From Candidatus Cloacimonadota bacterium (lineage in GTDB: Bacteria; Muiribacteriota; UBA6191): a DNA stretch of 44,144 nt. The notes beneath the pieces were generated by a model, which worked only from the letters and a program-made list of their open reading frames with translations, ran no database searches and was not told the DNA's origin. Position 1 is the first letter of the stretch. Each line of letters begins with the position of its first letter. A program made the translations under genes and the position numbers. Shown here one piece after another: positions 18,437 through 27,750 of this stretch. Location of the stretch: assembly GCA_023954715.1 (NCBI GenBank), contig JAGSHD010000001.1:556468-600611 (forward strand), in the 5' to 3' direction.

Positions 18437-18459
18437 TTGAGGTATATTAAATACCTCAA
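18437..18459 (+). terminator. hairpin TTGAGGTAT-ATTAA-ATACCTCAA after the small ORF, weak terminator candidate
   Basis: Perfect 9-bp inverted repeat with a 5-nt loop. The downstream tract GTATCTTCTTTC is T-rich but not a clean U-run. Confidence 0.35.
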
Positions 18460-18597
18460 GTATCTTCTTTCAGCAAGGTTTTGAAAAGCGATTTTTTCCT
18501 CTAATTTATATTAAATAATGCAACTATTTTTTTTGTGCTTCGTAGGCTATGCTTATATACTTAAATTAAGTCCTTAATTTATTGTTGATTTCATTAG

Positions 18598-18664
18598 TAT
18601 TTTTCAATTCATCTTGAAAGTTGACCTCAATTTTTTACCTAAATTTAATTATATTTTTCAATTC
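18598..18664 (+). promoter_or_regulatory. 13-bp perfect direct repeat TATTTTTCAATTC (18598..18610 and 18652..18664) bracketing a sigma70-like TTGACC-N17-TTTAAT
   Basis: The repeat and the -35/-10 hexamers (TTGACC at 18621..18626) were read directly. They lie 80-145 bp upstream of the Cache-HAMP gene. Confidence 0.3.
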
Positions 18665-18742
18665 GATTGGATAGTAAACAGTAATCCTGTTTTCATTTGA
18701 GCATAACTCCATAGTTGGCTTTTAACTTTAGTAGGTAAATAG

Positions 18743-19846
18743 ATGTTAAAAACTTATGATATTCGCTTTAAAATCATCGCTTCCTTTTTCTTTATTATCC
18801 TGTTGACTACTGTCTTTGTTGCAACCATCAACTTTATGGCCTCACAAAACTTGATTAAAACTCAAATCCAAAACGAGTTGGATCATTCAGCATCACTAAT
18901 TATTGATAATATTGAAGGTAAAATTTCTACTGCTAGTAAACTAGCCGATAAACTGAGCAAAAGTGACGAAATCATCAATGTATCTGAAAAAACAGGTGTT
19001 GCAATGGATCATTTTGTCCAATTTGTAGACCTCTATTTCAATGCATTTTACTGGGAAAAAAATGGCAAAGTAAATCATTGTAGCTACTACGATTTTCGAA
19101 ATATAGATCACTATTTAAAAGAAAACCTTTTTGAATATAAGAATGATTTTCCTGATTATGCGCGAGACATATTAAAAAATAAGCAAGCCCTATATACTAA
19201 AACTTTTTACCCAAAACCAGACCATTTAATTTTAGCTTACGCCGTCCCAGTGTTTCGAGATAAGGTCGTTTCCGGATTGATGAGTTTTGGAATCCACATT
19301 AATGATCCAAAAATTCAAAACATTGTTGAACGAATGATCCCTTCTCACAATGGTTTTGTCGCCTTAATTGATCACCAAGGAAAGATATTGGCTAAAGGTG
19401 GAAAAAGCCCAGCTAATTTCAAACATGTGGATTTAAAAAAACTCGATACCGATATTTTACGACTTGGACAAGATACCTTTAGTTATCGTCTTCAAAAAGC
19501 AAAACAAGCTGATATCTATGTACTAGTAGCCATCAATAATAATACAGCTTTATCTATCATTGATGACTTAGCTTTTTCTATTATCATATATTCATTTATA
19601 GCTTTAATATTGTCTATTATCCTATCGAGTCGTATTGCCAATTCTTTGTCTCAACCGATCAAGGCATTAATCGATGGAATCCAAGCAATTGATCAAGGAG
19701 TATACAGTACACAGATCAATACAAAAAGTAGCGGTGAACTCAATACTGCTATCAATGCCTTCAATCAAATGGCTCAAAAACTTCAACGAAACAAAATGAT
19801 TGAAAAAATTTGGATGAATCATTGGGAACAAAATGATGAAAAATAA
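18743..19846 (+). CDS. membrane sensor-like protein: TM, periplasmic Cache-like domain, TM, HAMP, and no output domain
   Basis: TM1 at residues ~13-35 and TM2 LAFSIIIYSFIALILSIILS. Then a HAMP-like amphipathic pair (SQPIKALIDGIQAIDQGVYS...ELNTAINAFNQMAQKLQ), after which the protein ends. Confidence 0.65.
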   Translation: MLKTYDIRFKIIASFFFIILLTTVFVATINFMASQNLIKTQIQNELDHSASLIIDNIEGKISTASKLADKLSKSDEIINVSEKTGVAMDHFVQFVDLYFNAFYWEKNGKVNHCSYYDFRNIDHYLKENLFEYKNDFPDYARDILKNKQALYTKTFYPKPDHLILAYAVPVFRDKVVSGLMSFGIHINDPKIQNIVERMIPSHNGFVALIDHQGKILAKGGKSPANFKHVDLKKLDTDILRLGQDTFSYRLQKAKQADIYVLVAINNNTALSIIDDLAFSIIIYSFIALILSIILSSRIANSLSQPIKALIDGIQAIDQGVYSTQINTKSSGELNTAINAFNQMAQKLQRNKMIEKIWMNHWEQNDEK

Positions 19847-22310
19847 CAAGATACCTAAACATATCTTGACCCTATGCCTTCTAGCACTATTTTTGTCTAT
19901 TAGCATTAATTTTTCGATCGTTTTAGGGCTTAGTTTATTTTTACAAAATCTAAGCGCCGCCCAACTACCCTACTTTTATATTTTGCTGAATGTCTTAAGT
20001 ATTTTATGTGGTTTTATCTTCTTTTTTTATCGTCCTAAAAGCATTCGCTCTATTATAAAGTTCGCTATTGCCAATAGCTGTATCCTCTTGTATTTCTATC
20101 TCTCTCCAAGTTTAAGTACAAGTAAATTATACCTTTTATATATTTGTACCTGTCTATTTAATATCTACGCTTTTATCTTCTTTTGGAATTTTGTCTCCAA
20201 TACTCTTAGTTTAAAAGAGATGAAACAATATGTTGGAGTCATTTCAGGAACTAACAACCTAGGCGCAGTATTTGCATCATTATTAGTAGGCCCCGCCTTA
20301 AGGTATTTTGACTTATCCACATGTTTTCTTGGACTTTTTATAGTCTATATTTTATTAGTTTTAGTCCTCATTCCACTTAAAAAACTAGAGTTAAACCCTA
20401 AAAAGCCATCGAGTTCATCAAATAAAACGAGTCCCCAAATATATAAACATAGCTTAGTTCGCCTCACTGCTTTGTTTATTTTTCTATCTGCGTTTATGAA
20501 GTTTTCTTTGGACTTTAGATATTCTATTGCCATTTCTGAACTATTTACAACTCAAGATCAACTTGCTAGCTTTATTGGAGGGTTTAACTCCGTTTTAAAA
20601 GCAAGCGGACTCATTTGGCAAATGCTCTTTTCTGCTTATGTCTTTAAACGCCTTTCTATCGTTCAATCATTATCTGTTATGTCCATTTGTACCTGTATTT
20701 TATCTATCTTTGCTTTTTTAACTCCTAACCCAAAGTTGGTCATAGCATTTCAATTTTGCTTTTTATTTTTTCTTACCACTTTTACGTTCCCTACTTTTAA
20801 CATTTTATTTGGGGCACTCAATGATTCCATCCAAGCTAAGGCCCGTTTTTTAAATGAGGGAATATTTTACTGTTTGGCAGTTTTACTATCTGGCCTACTA
20901 ATCATAGCCCTAAGAAAATTTAGTATACCCTCTCAAACTCTCTTCTTGTTTTTAACTGTCCTATCTATATTTTGGCTATGTTTTATAGCTAAAGTGAGAG
21001 ATGCTTATATCTCAGCCTTAAACGAAAATATCAATAGCAACATTGAAGGCTCAACTGAGACTTCTTCTGTCTCATCTCTGCACTCTTTACAAACAGACTT
21101 AAATCATAAAGACCCTCAAAAGAGATTAGACGCAATTTTAACCTTAAGAAAAACGAATGATAATCAGGCAGATCGTCTGATTCTTGATGTTTTGAAAACA
21201 GAACAAAATCCGCAAGTATTAAACATTCTTTTAAAATCAACTAAAAAGGTTAGAGTAGACTCAGAGTATAAATTAGAGGACAAGTTAGACATCAATGATA
21301 CACCAGAAAACATCTGCCAATTACTACGCTCTATCTCTCTTTCTAAGAAATCATCCATAGAGCCTATTCTTCCGTTTTTAAAACATAATGACCCTATGGT
21401 TAAAATCAACGCTATACTTGCTTGCTTCATATTATCTAACGATGAAGAACATTTAAAAGAAGCATCCAAACTATTTATTCATCTTATACAATCTGATAAT
21501 GTCAATGAACGAGAAGCGGCTGCATTATTGTTTGGTGATTTATCTATGGATTGTTTTATACCTTGTCTGCAAACCATGGTTTTTGACTCAGCACCTTCTG
21601 TTAGAAGAAACGCTATTCAATCCACTATCAAACAAGCTTCTAGTTCACATATTGACATCTTAAAGTCGGCCCTCAATAGCGAAAAGGATCAGAAAAACTT
21701 AGATCTTATCCATGACTCTTTAGAAATTCAAATGGATGAGTCCAAACGAATCTTAGATCGACTTTTATTAAAAGTACCCACCATCTATCAAGAAAAGGTC
21801 TTAACAGCATTTCATAAAATTGAAGATGAAAAAATACAAAAATTAGCCTGCCAATATTTATCCATTGAGCCTCACGAGCTAACCATTGATCTTATTCGTT
21901 TGATAGCCAAAAATCCTAAAGATGCCGAGTTTATAAAAATAATGTCTGCTTGTGTTACTACCGACATCATTTACTTAGATCAACTTGTTTTAGATATTTT
22001 TCTTAGTAACATTAATGAGTTTGATCATAAAGTTTTAAGAGTTATAGCAAACTTTTTAGACTCTAAAGATACTCAAGACATCATCAGAAAGGTATTCGAA
22101 CAAATCAATAGTACACAATATTCAATGCAAAACAAACTAAGAGTGTTACAAAGACTCTTAACTTTGGACGCTAGTTTTCCTTTAAAAGAAAGTGTTTTAG
22201 AAAACTTTTACAAGCAAGAGGATCAAAAAGTTGATATCTTAGAGGAGATCATTGATCACTCAGCCTATCCTAAAACCGTCAATGAATCGATCAAATTGGT
22301 ATTTTTATAA
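19833..22310 (+). CDS. fusion of a ~12-TM MFS-like transporter domain with a C-terminal cytoplasmic HEAT-repeat domain
   Basis: N-terminal 400 aa are hydrophobic with about 12 helices. The C-terminal 400 aa show HEAT-like repeats (DPQKRLDAILTLRKT, NPQVLNILLKS, NDPMVKINAILAC, SAPSVRRNAIQS). It overlaps the Cache-HAMP gene by 14 nt. Confidence 0.65.
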   Translation: MMKNNKIPKHILTLCLLALFLSISINFSIVLGLSLFLQNLSAAQLPYFYILLNVLSILCGFIFFFYRPKSIRSIIKFAIANSCILLYFYLSPSLSTSKLYLLYICTCLFNIYAFIFFWNFVSNTLSLKEMKQYVGVISGTNNLGAVFASLLVGPALRYFDLSTCFLGLFIVYILLVLVLIPLKKLELNPKKPSSSSNKTSPQIYKHSLVRLTALFIFLSAFMKFSLDFRYSIAISELFTTQDQLASFIGGFNSVLKASGLIWQMLFSAYVFKRLSIVQSLSVMSICTCILSIFAFLTPNPKLVIAFQFCFLFFLTTFTFPTFNILFGALNDSIQAKARFLNEGIFYCLAVLLSGLLIIALRKFSIPSQTLFLFLTVLSIFWLCFIAKVRDAYISALNENINSNIEGSTETSSVSSLHSLQTDLNHKDPQKRLDAILTLRKTNDNQADRLILDVLKTEQNPQVLNILLKSTKKVRVDSEYKLEDKLDINDTPENICQLLRSISLSKKSSIEPILPFLKHNDPMVKINAILACFILSNDEEHLKEASKLFIHLIQSDNVNEREAAALLFGDLSMDCFIPCLQTMVFDSAPSVRRNAIQSTIKQASSSHIDILKSALNSEKDQKNLDLIHDSLEIQMDESKRILDRLLLKVPTIYQEKVLTAFHKIEDEKIQKLACQYLSIEPHELTIDLIRLIAKNPKDAEFIKIMSACVTTDIIYLDQLVLDIFLSNINEFDHKVLRVIANFLDSKDTQDIIRKVFEQINSTQYSMQNKLRVLQRLLTLDASFPLKESVLENFYKQEDQKVDILEEIIDHSAYPKTVNESIKLVFL

Positions 22311-22407
22311 TGTAGCTTTGGTAGCTCGTTTCCACCACAATAATGTTTCTATAAATTTACTTCTTATTTATAAATCCATTTACTTTGTTCTTGCTAAATG
22401 ATACTTT

Positions 22408-22427
22408 ATTTCCTAATTATTGGAAAT
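22408..22427 (+). promoter_or_regulatory. inverted repeat ATTTCC-N8-GGAAAT, candidate ArsR-family operator
   Basis: 6-bp arms with an AT-only spacer, 14 bp upstream of the arsR-like start. A second IR, TATAAAT-N9-ATTTATA, lies at 22350..22372 and doubles as a -10-like element. Confidence 0.3.
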
Positions 22428-22441
22428 GAGGAACTGTCTCT

Positions 22442-22816
22442 ATGACTAATTCAGAAAATTTAATCTGTTCTGTTGTATGTCTCAACGAACAAAAAATACA
22501 GAATATACGTACCCAGCTAAAAAGTCAGTCTCATTTTAATTCGCAAGCAGATATGCTTAAAGTTTTAGGTCACCCTGTCCGCTTGGAGATTTTAGCTGTT
22601 TTACACTTAGAAGAAAGTTGCGTTTGCGATCTAGCTAACATATTACAAAAGCCCGTTTCTACTATTTCCCAACATTTAAAAAATATGAGAAATGTAGGTA
22701 TCTTACAATCTCGTCAAGATGGTAAATTAGTATTTTATAAACCAAATAGTTCTCCAGAAATCTGGAAACTAATTCACCCTTTCATTACAGTATTCAAGGA
22801 GAATAACTCATGCTAA
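22442..22816 (+). CDS. ArsR/SmtB-family metal-responsive transcriptional repressor (CVC metal-binding motif)
   Basis: HTH core LKVLGHPVRLEILAVL...ESCVCDLANILQKPVSTISQHLKNMRNVGIL. The ELCVCDL-type Cys pair in helix 3 is the canonical ArsR metal site. First gene of the efflux operon. Confidence 0.85.
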   Translation: MTNSENLICSVVCLNEQKIQNIRTQLKSQSHFNSQADMLKVLGHPVRLEILAVLHLEESCVCDLANILQKPVSTISQHLKNMRNVGILQSRQDGKLVFYKPNSSPEIWKLIHPFITVFKENNSC

Positions 22817-23169
22817 AGCAAATTATTATCGGATTAATTTTTATTGGAATTGGAGCTGGAGGGGCAGTGTTATATTTACAAAATCAAGCGCCTAAGCAAG
22901 AGGTTCATGTTCATGGAGCTGAATATTGTTCTAAACATAAAATAGCTGAAAGCGAATGTCCTTGGTGTGATAAAAGTCTAATTAAAAAAATGGGGATGTG
23001 TCCCGGTCATAAAGTACCCGAAGCTTTATGTAGTCGATGCAACTCTGACTTAATTCCTGGTTTTAAAGCTGAAAATGACTGGTGTGCTGGCCATGATTTA
23101 CCAGAGTCTCAATGTGATCTTTGTAAAGCTGGTCAATATCCGCCAGGTGAAGTACCTAAAGGAAGTTAA
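22810..23169 (+). CDS. small membrane-anchored Cys/His-rich metal-binding protein (119 aa)
   Basis: N-terminal TM IIIGLIFIGIGAGGAVLYL, then five C-x2-[CH] dyads: CPWC, CPGH, CSRC, CAGH, CDLC. An AGGAG RBS lies 8 nt upstream. It overlaps the arsR stop by 7 nt. Confidence 0.65.
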   Translation: MLKQIIIGLIFIGIGAGGAVLYLQNQAPKQEVHVHGAEYCSKHKIAESECPWCDKSLIKKMGMCPGHKVPEALCSRCNSDLIPGFKAENDWCAGHDLPESQCDLCKAGQYPPGEVPKGS

Positions 23170-23170
23170 T

Positions 23171-24688
23171 GTGAAACTCATTTTTAAGTTTGTAGCTTTA
23201 CTACTTTGTATAATTTGTGGTGCATCTATTGTTTTATATTTTGATGCAAGTACATCTTCTGGTCCTGATCTGCAACAATCTATATCCATAGAAAAGTGTG
23301 AGCACAAACTTGAAATAGGGACCTGTGCCTTTTGTGACCCTAAACTGATTGAATCTTTAGGCTTTTGTCATGGTCATGGAGTACCAGAGGCTTTTTGCAC
23401 TCGCTGTAACTCTGATTTAATTGTAGCATTTCAACACCTAAATGATTGGTGTAAAGAGCATAAACTACCCGAGTCCCAGTGCCAATTGTGCAAAAGTAAA
23501 AAGCAACCTAATAAAAAAACTTCTAAAATCGGGCTTAAGTTATTTGCTAATACAACTTTTAGAAGCCAAAGCAAACCAAATCAAGACTGTAAAAATCAAG
23601 ATGCATTGATTCGATTTATTGACTCAAAGATTATGAAAAAGTCTGGTATTAAAACAAGCAAACTTGCTCAAAGTATGGATCAAAATATTGTTTCATGCAA
23701 TGCCCAAATCAAGTATAACCAAAATAAATTGGCACATATTACGCCCCGTGCTAAGGGTGTTTTAACTACAATATCTAAAGACATAGGAGACAGCGTATTA
23801 CAGGGTGAAGTTTTAGCTAAAATTCACTCTAATGAGTTTTCTATAGCCAAGTCCGAGTACTTCCAAGCTCTTACCTTAGTCAAACTATGGGAGCAAAATC
23901 ATCAATCTGAACTAGCCTTGCAACAAGATGGCGCAACCTCTTCAAGAGAAGTATTACAAACAAAAACTAAGTTAGTAGAGAGTCAAATTATCGTCGAAAA
24001 GAGTCTTCAAAAACTACGAAATCTCGGTTTAAATAGTGATCAAATCAAGCACTTAAAAGCAAGTAGTAAATCTGACTCGAAATTATCAATTTTGTCCCCT
24101 TTTAATGGTCACATTAGTAAAAGACATGCGGTTACAGGTGAAATGGTAACTACCTCTAAATCTTTATTTACTGTTGTAGATACAAGCAAAATGTGGGCGT
24201 TTTTAGATATCCTTCCCAGTGATTTGACTAAAGTTAATATTGGGCAAAATGTAGAGGTTAAAATACCGGAGTTATCCCCTCTTTTATTTTCTGGGGTTAT
24301 CTCTTGGATTGATAGTGCTATCAGTGAGTCATCTCGTACTCTTAAAGCCAAAGTAGAGTTAAGTAATCAAAATCAAATGCTTAAGTCTGGTATGTTTGGT
24401 ACGGCTAATATTATTATCAATAACAATATTAACTCCTTACTTGTTCATAAGAGTTCTGTCCAATGGGATGGATGTTGCAACGTTATCTTTATCAAAAACA
24501 GCCCTCAAAGTTTTATAACTAAAAAGGTTACTCTTAAACCTTCGGGGGTAAATAAGGATTACTATTTAGCTCAAGGTGATATCAAAACAAATGATGAAGT
24601 AGCAACTACAGGGTCTTTTTTACTGAAAACTGAGCTTATGAAAGATAATATTGGTGCAGGATGTTGCGAAGCTGACTCAGGTAAGTAA
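23171..24688 (+). CDS. heavy-metal RND membrane fusion protein (CusB/CzcB-like) with an N-terminal Cys/His-rich module
   Basis: HlyD/MFP beta-barrel and lipoyl-like regions (ITPRAKGVLTTISKDIGDSVLQGEVLAKI, SPFNGHISKRHAVTGEMV). I set the start to GTG 23171 (MKLIFKFVALLLCIICGASIV, a signal/TM), one nt after the TAA of the preceding gene. The track's 23075 start would overlap that gene by 95 nt. Confidence 0.8.
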   Translation: MKLIFKFVALLLCIICGASIVLYFDASTSSGPDLQQSISIEKCEHKLEIGTCAFCDPKLIESLGFCHGHGVPEAFCTRCNSDLIVAFQHLNDWCKEHKLPESQCQLCKSKKQPNKKTSKIGLKLFANTTFRSQSKPNQDCKNQDALIRFIDSKIMKKSGIKTSKLAQSMDQNIVSCNAQIKYNQNKLAHITPRAKGVLTTISKDIGDSVLQGEVLAKIHSNEFSIAKSEYFQALTLVKLWEQNHQSELALQQDGATSSREVLQTKTKLVESQIIVEKSLQKLRNLGLNSDQIKHLKASSKSDSKLSILSPFNGHISKRHAVTGEMVTTSKSLFTVVDTSKMWAFLDILPSDLTKVNIGQNVEVKIPELSPLLFSGVISWIDSAISESSRTLKAKVELSNQNQMLKSGMFGTANIIINNNINSLLVHKSSVQWDGCCNVIFIKNSPQSFITKKVTLKPSGVNKDYYLAQGDIKTNDEVATTGSFLLKTELMKDNIGAGCCEADSGK

Positions 24689-27600
24689 ATGTTAAATTAT
24701 ATTATTTCTTGGTCTTTAAAAAATAGATTTTTAGTTCTTTTTGCTACTTTAGTCATCATCATCATGGGTACCTACTCATTAATTAAGTTACCCATTGATG
24801 CCTTCCCTGATATTACTCCGATACAGGTTCAAATCAATACGATTGCACCCACATTAACTCCCTTGGAGATTGAGCAACAAATCAGTTATCAGATTGAAAG
24901 ATCAATCAGTGGTCTACCTGCCTTAAGTAACGTTAGATCAATCTCAAAATATGGATTTTCACAGGTTATTGTCACTTTTGACGAAGGTACTGATATTTAC
25001 TTTGCAAGGCAACTTGTTTCTGAGAAAATTCAAAGTATTTCTTTACCAAGTGGTATTTCACCACCATCATTGGGGCCTGTTTCAACTGGCTTAGGTGAAG
25101 TTTTTCACTATCTAATCAAAGGTAAAGATTACTCTTTACAAGAGTTAACTACTATACACAATTGGATTATCAAACCAAGACTTGAGTCCACCCCCGGAGT
25201 CGCAGAAATCAATACTTGGGGAGGAGAAAAAAAGCAGTATCAAGTCATTATAGATTTAAACTCTCTTTTGAAATACAAGCTTCTACTATCGGATGTACTC
25301 TCTGCACTAAAAGATAATAATCTAAATGTGGGAGGGGGTAATATCACCCAGAATGGAGAGTATCACTTAGTTCATGGGATTGGTATTAAAACCAGTATTG
25401 ATGAAATCAAAAATACTTCTATTTCTATAAAAGAGGGCACTCCCATTTTAATTAGTGATGTAGCTTCTGTTCAATTTGGCCACGAGATTCGTAGAGGAGC
25501 TGTTACTGTTAATGCAAAAGGTGAAGGAGTCTTAGGTCTTGGTTTTATGCTCAAAGGTGAAAATAGCTATGAGATCACTCAAAGATTAGCAAATAAAGTT
25601 AAAGAGATTCAAAAGTATTTACCTAAGGGTGTACAAATTCAACCTTTATATCAACGTACTGATCTTATTGATCAAGTTATTTATACTGTCAAAGAAAACC
25701 TTTTGGCGGGTGCCTTACTTGTTATCTCTATTTTGTTTTGTTTTTTAGGTAATTTACGAGCAGGTTTAATTGTTGCAGCCGCTATCCCCCTTTCGATGTT
25801 ATTTGCGTTTATAGAAATGTTACAGTTTGGTATTGCAGGTAGCTTAATGAGTTTAGGAGCAATTGATTTTGGGCTTATTGTAGATAGCTCGGTCATATTA
25901 GTTGAAAATAGTTTACGTAAAATCGCTGAAAGTGATGAAGAAACTTCCCTAGTCGAGGTCATCGAACAAGCTACTATTGAAGTAAGAAAGCCAACTATGT
26001 TTGGCGAACTCATCATCATGATTGTGTTTATTCCTATTTTGGCACTAGAAGGTGTAGAGGGTAAATTGTTTATCCCTATGGCGTTAACTATGATTTTCGC
26101 TCTATTTGGTTCACTAATTATGTCACTTACTTTAACTCCTGTTTTAGCTAGCTTTCTACTCAAAAAAGACTCAAAAGAAAAACCTAGTTTAATCATGAAC
26201 TTCTGTACAAAAGTTTATCATCCAATTTTAAATACAGCCATTCGTTTTAGAACTATTTTTGTTGGAGCTGGTATTTGTTTATTGGCCTTTGGAGGGTATT
26301 TAGGATCTCAACTAGGTCGAGAGTTTATCCCTAGACTTTCAGAAATGAGCATCGTTATTAATACGGTACGTTTAGCTGGTGTTTCTTTGGAGGAATCCAT
26401 TCGCTATGGATCAAAACTAGAGCAAGTCCTGCTCGATAAATTCCCTGATGAGATAAAAGATATATGGACTCGTACTGGGACAGCCGAAACGGCTACTGAC
26501 CCTATGGGTATAGAGTTAAGCGATGTATTTATTTCACTTAAAGATAGAAAGCTTTGGACTAAAGCTAAAACACAAGAGCAATTAGAAAACTCTATACGCC
26601 AAGAGCTTGAGGGAATGCCCGGTATGAAGATGATTTTCACCCAAGCCATTGAAATGAGAGTCAATGAAATGGTTGCAGGAATTCGATCTGATCTTGGTAT
26701 TAAGCTCTTTGGTGATAATCTAGACATCCTCAAAGAAAAGGCCAGTGAAATAAAATCACTACTTGAAAATATACCAGGAAGCCAAGATATATCCGTGGAG
26801 CAGATTACAGGTCAGCCTCTTCTTGAAGTCAAAGTTAAGCAATCGGCTCTAACTCGCTATGGAGTCTCATCAAAAGAGGTTTTACAATTTATCGAAGCTC
26901 TAGGTACTATAAAAACTGGAGAAATACGTGAAGATCAAAAGAGGTTTGATTTAGTACTTCGTTTACCCGACTACTTTAGACACAAACTAGAAAACATCCA
27001 AGAGATTACCATGCAAACAAAAAGCGGTAAGATTTTGCCTCTTACTGATCTTGTCTATATTCAGCAAAAAGAAGGCCCTTCTACTATTTCTAGAGAGTGG
27101 CAAAAGCGCCGAATCATTATTCAAAGTAATGTTCGTAATCGAGATCTTGCTAGCTATGTGCGTGAAGTTCAAAAAACTCTTGATCAAAAATTAGTATTAC
27201 CTTCTGGCTACCATGTTAGTTATGGTGGGCAATATGAAAGCCTTCAGCGTGCCCAAACCCGTTTGATGTTTATTGTACCTATTACTCTAATATTAATCTT
27301 TGTCATCCTTTATATGAGTACTGGTATTTTTATCGATAGTTTGATTATCTTTACTGGTGCGCCTTTTGCTGCTCTTGGTGGAGTCATAATGCTTATTTTA
27401 CGTGATATGCCTTTTACAATTGCTGCTGGAGTTGGTTTTGTTGCTGTTTGCGGAGTCGCTATGCTCAATGGATTAGTTATGATGAGTACCATTAGACAAG
27501 GAATATCTAACAATCTAACTGTAGAAGATGCTGTCCATAGAGGTGCACTTTTACGATTAAGACCCGTTTTGATTACAGCTCTTGTTGCTGGTATTGGATT

Positions 27601-27742
27601 TATCCCTATGGCATTTAACACCGGAGTCGGAGCAGAGATCCAAAGACCTCTTGCTACCGTTGTCCTAGGAGGAGTCATTGCAGATAATTTACTAACTTTG
27701 CTTATCTTGCCTGCATTGGCCGTTAGTTTTATTCGTAAATAA
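24689..27742 (+). CDS. heavy-metal efflux RND pump (CusA/CzcA HME family)
   Basis: 1017 aa with 12 TM. The HME signature GAIDFGLIVDSSVILVEN (25861..25910) is present, along with two large periplasmic loops. The ATG directly follows the TAA of the adaptor gene. Confidence 0.9.
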   Translation: MLNYIISWSLKNRFLVLFATLVIIIMGTYSLIKLPIDAFPDITPIQVQINTIAPTLTPLEIEQQISYQIERSISGLPALSNVRSISKYGFSQVIVTFDEGTDIYFARQLVSEKIQSISLPSGISPPSLGPVSTGLGEVFHYLIKGKDYSLQELTTIHNWIIKPRLESTPGVAEINTWGGEKKQYQVIIDLNSLLKYKLLLSDVLSALKDNNLNVGGGNITQNGEYHLVHGIGIKTSIDEIKNTSISIKEGTPILISDVASVQFGHEIRRGAVTVNAKGEGVLGLGFMLKGENSYEITQRLANKVKEIQKYLPKGVQIQPLYQRTDLIDQVIYTVKENLLAGALLVISILFCFLGNLRAGLIVAAAIPLSMLFAFIEMLQFGIAGSLMSLGAIDFGLIVDSSVILVENSLRKIAESDEETSLVEVIEQATIEVRKPTMFGELIIMIVFIPILALEGVEGKLFIPMALTMIFALFGSLIMSLTLTPVLASFLLKKDSKEKPSLIMNFCTKVYHPILNTAIRFRTIFVGAGICLLAFGGYLGSQLGREFIPRLSEMSIVINTVRLAGVSLEESIRYGSKLEQVLLDKFPDEIKDIWTRTGTAETATDPMGIELSDVFISLKDRKLWTKAKTQEQLENSIRQELEGMPGMKMIFTQAIEMRVNEMVAGIRSDLGIKLFGDNLDILKEKASEIKSLLENIPGSQDISVEQITGQPLLEVKVKQSALTRYGVSSKEVLQFIEALGTIKTGEIREDQKRFDLVLRLPDYFRHKLENIQEITMQTKSGKILPLTDLVYIQQKEGPSTISREWQKRRIIIQSNVRNRDLASYVREVQKTLDQKLVLPSGYHVSYGGQYESLQRAQTRLMFIVPITLILIFVILYMSTGIFIDSLIIFTGAPFAALGGVIMLILRDMPFTIAAGVGFVAVCGVAMLNGLVMMSTIRQGISNNLTVEDAVHRGALLRLRPVLITALVAGIGFIPMAFNTGVGAEIQRPLATVVLGGVIADNLLTLLILPALAVSFIRK

Positions 27743-27750
27743 AGCTCCTT

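Noticed and set aside
23075-23170. Track start of the CusB-like ORF at ATG 23075, overlapping the preceding gene by 95 nt.
   Set aside because: An in-frame GTG at 23171 sits one nt after the upstream TAA, is preceded by AAGGAAG and begins a proper signal/TM sequence (MKLIFKFVALLL). The 32 extra residues are read from the other gene's coding DNA.
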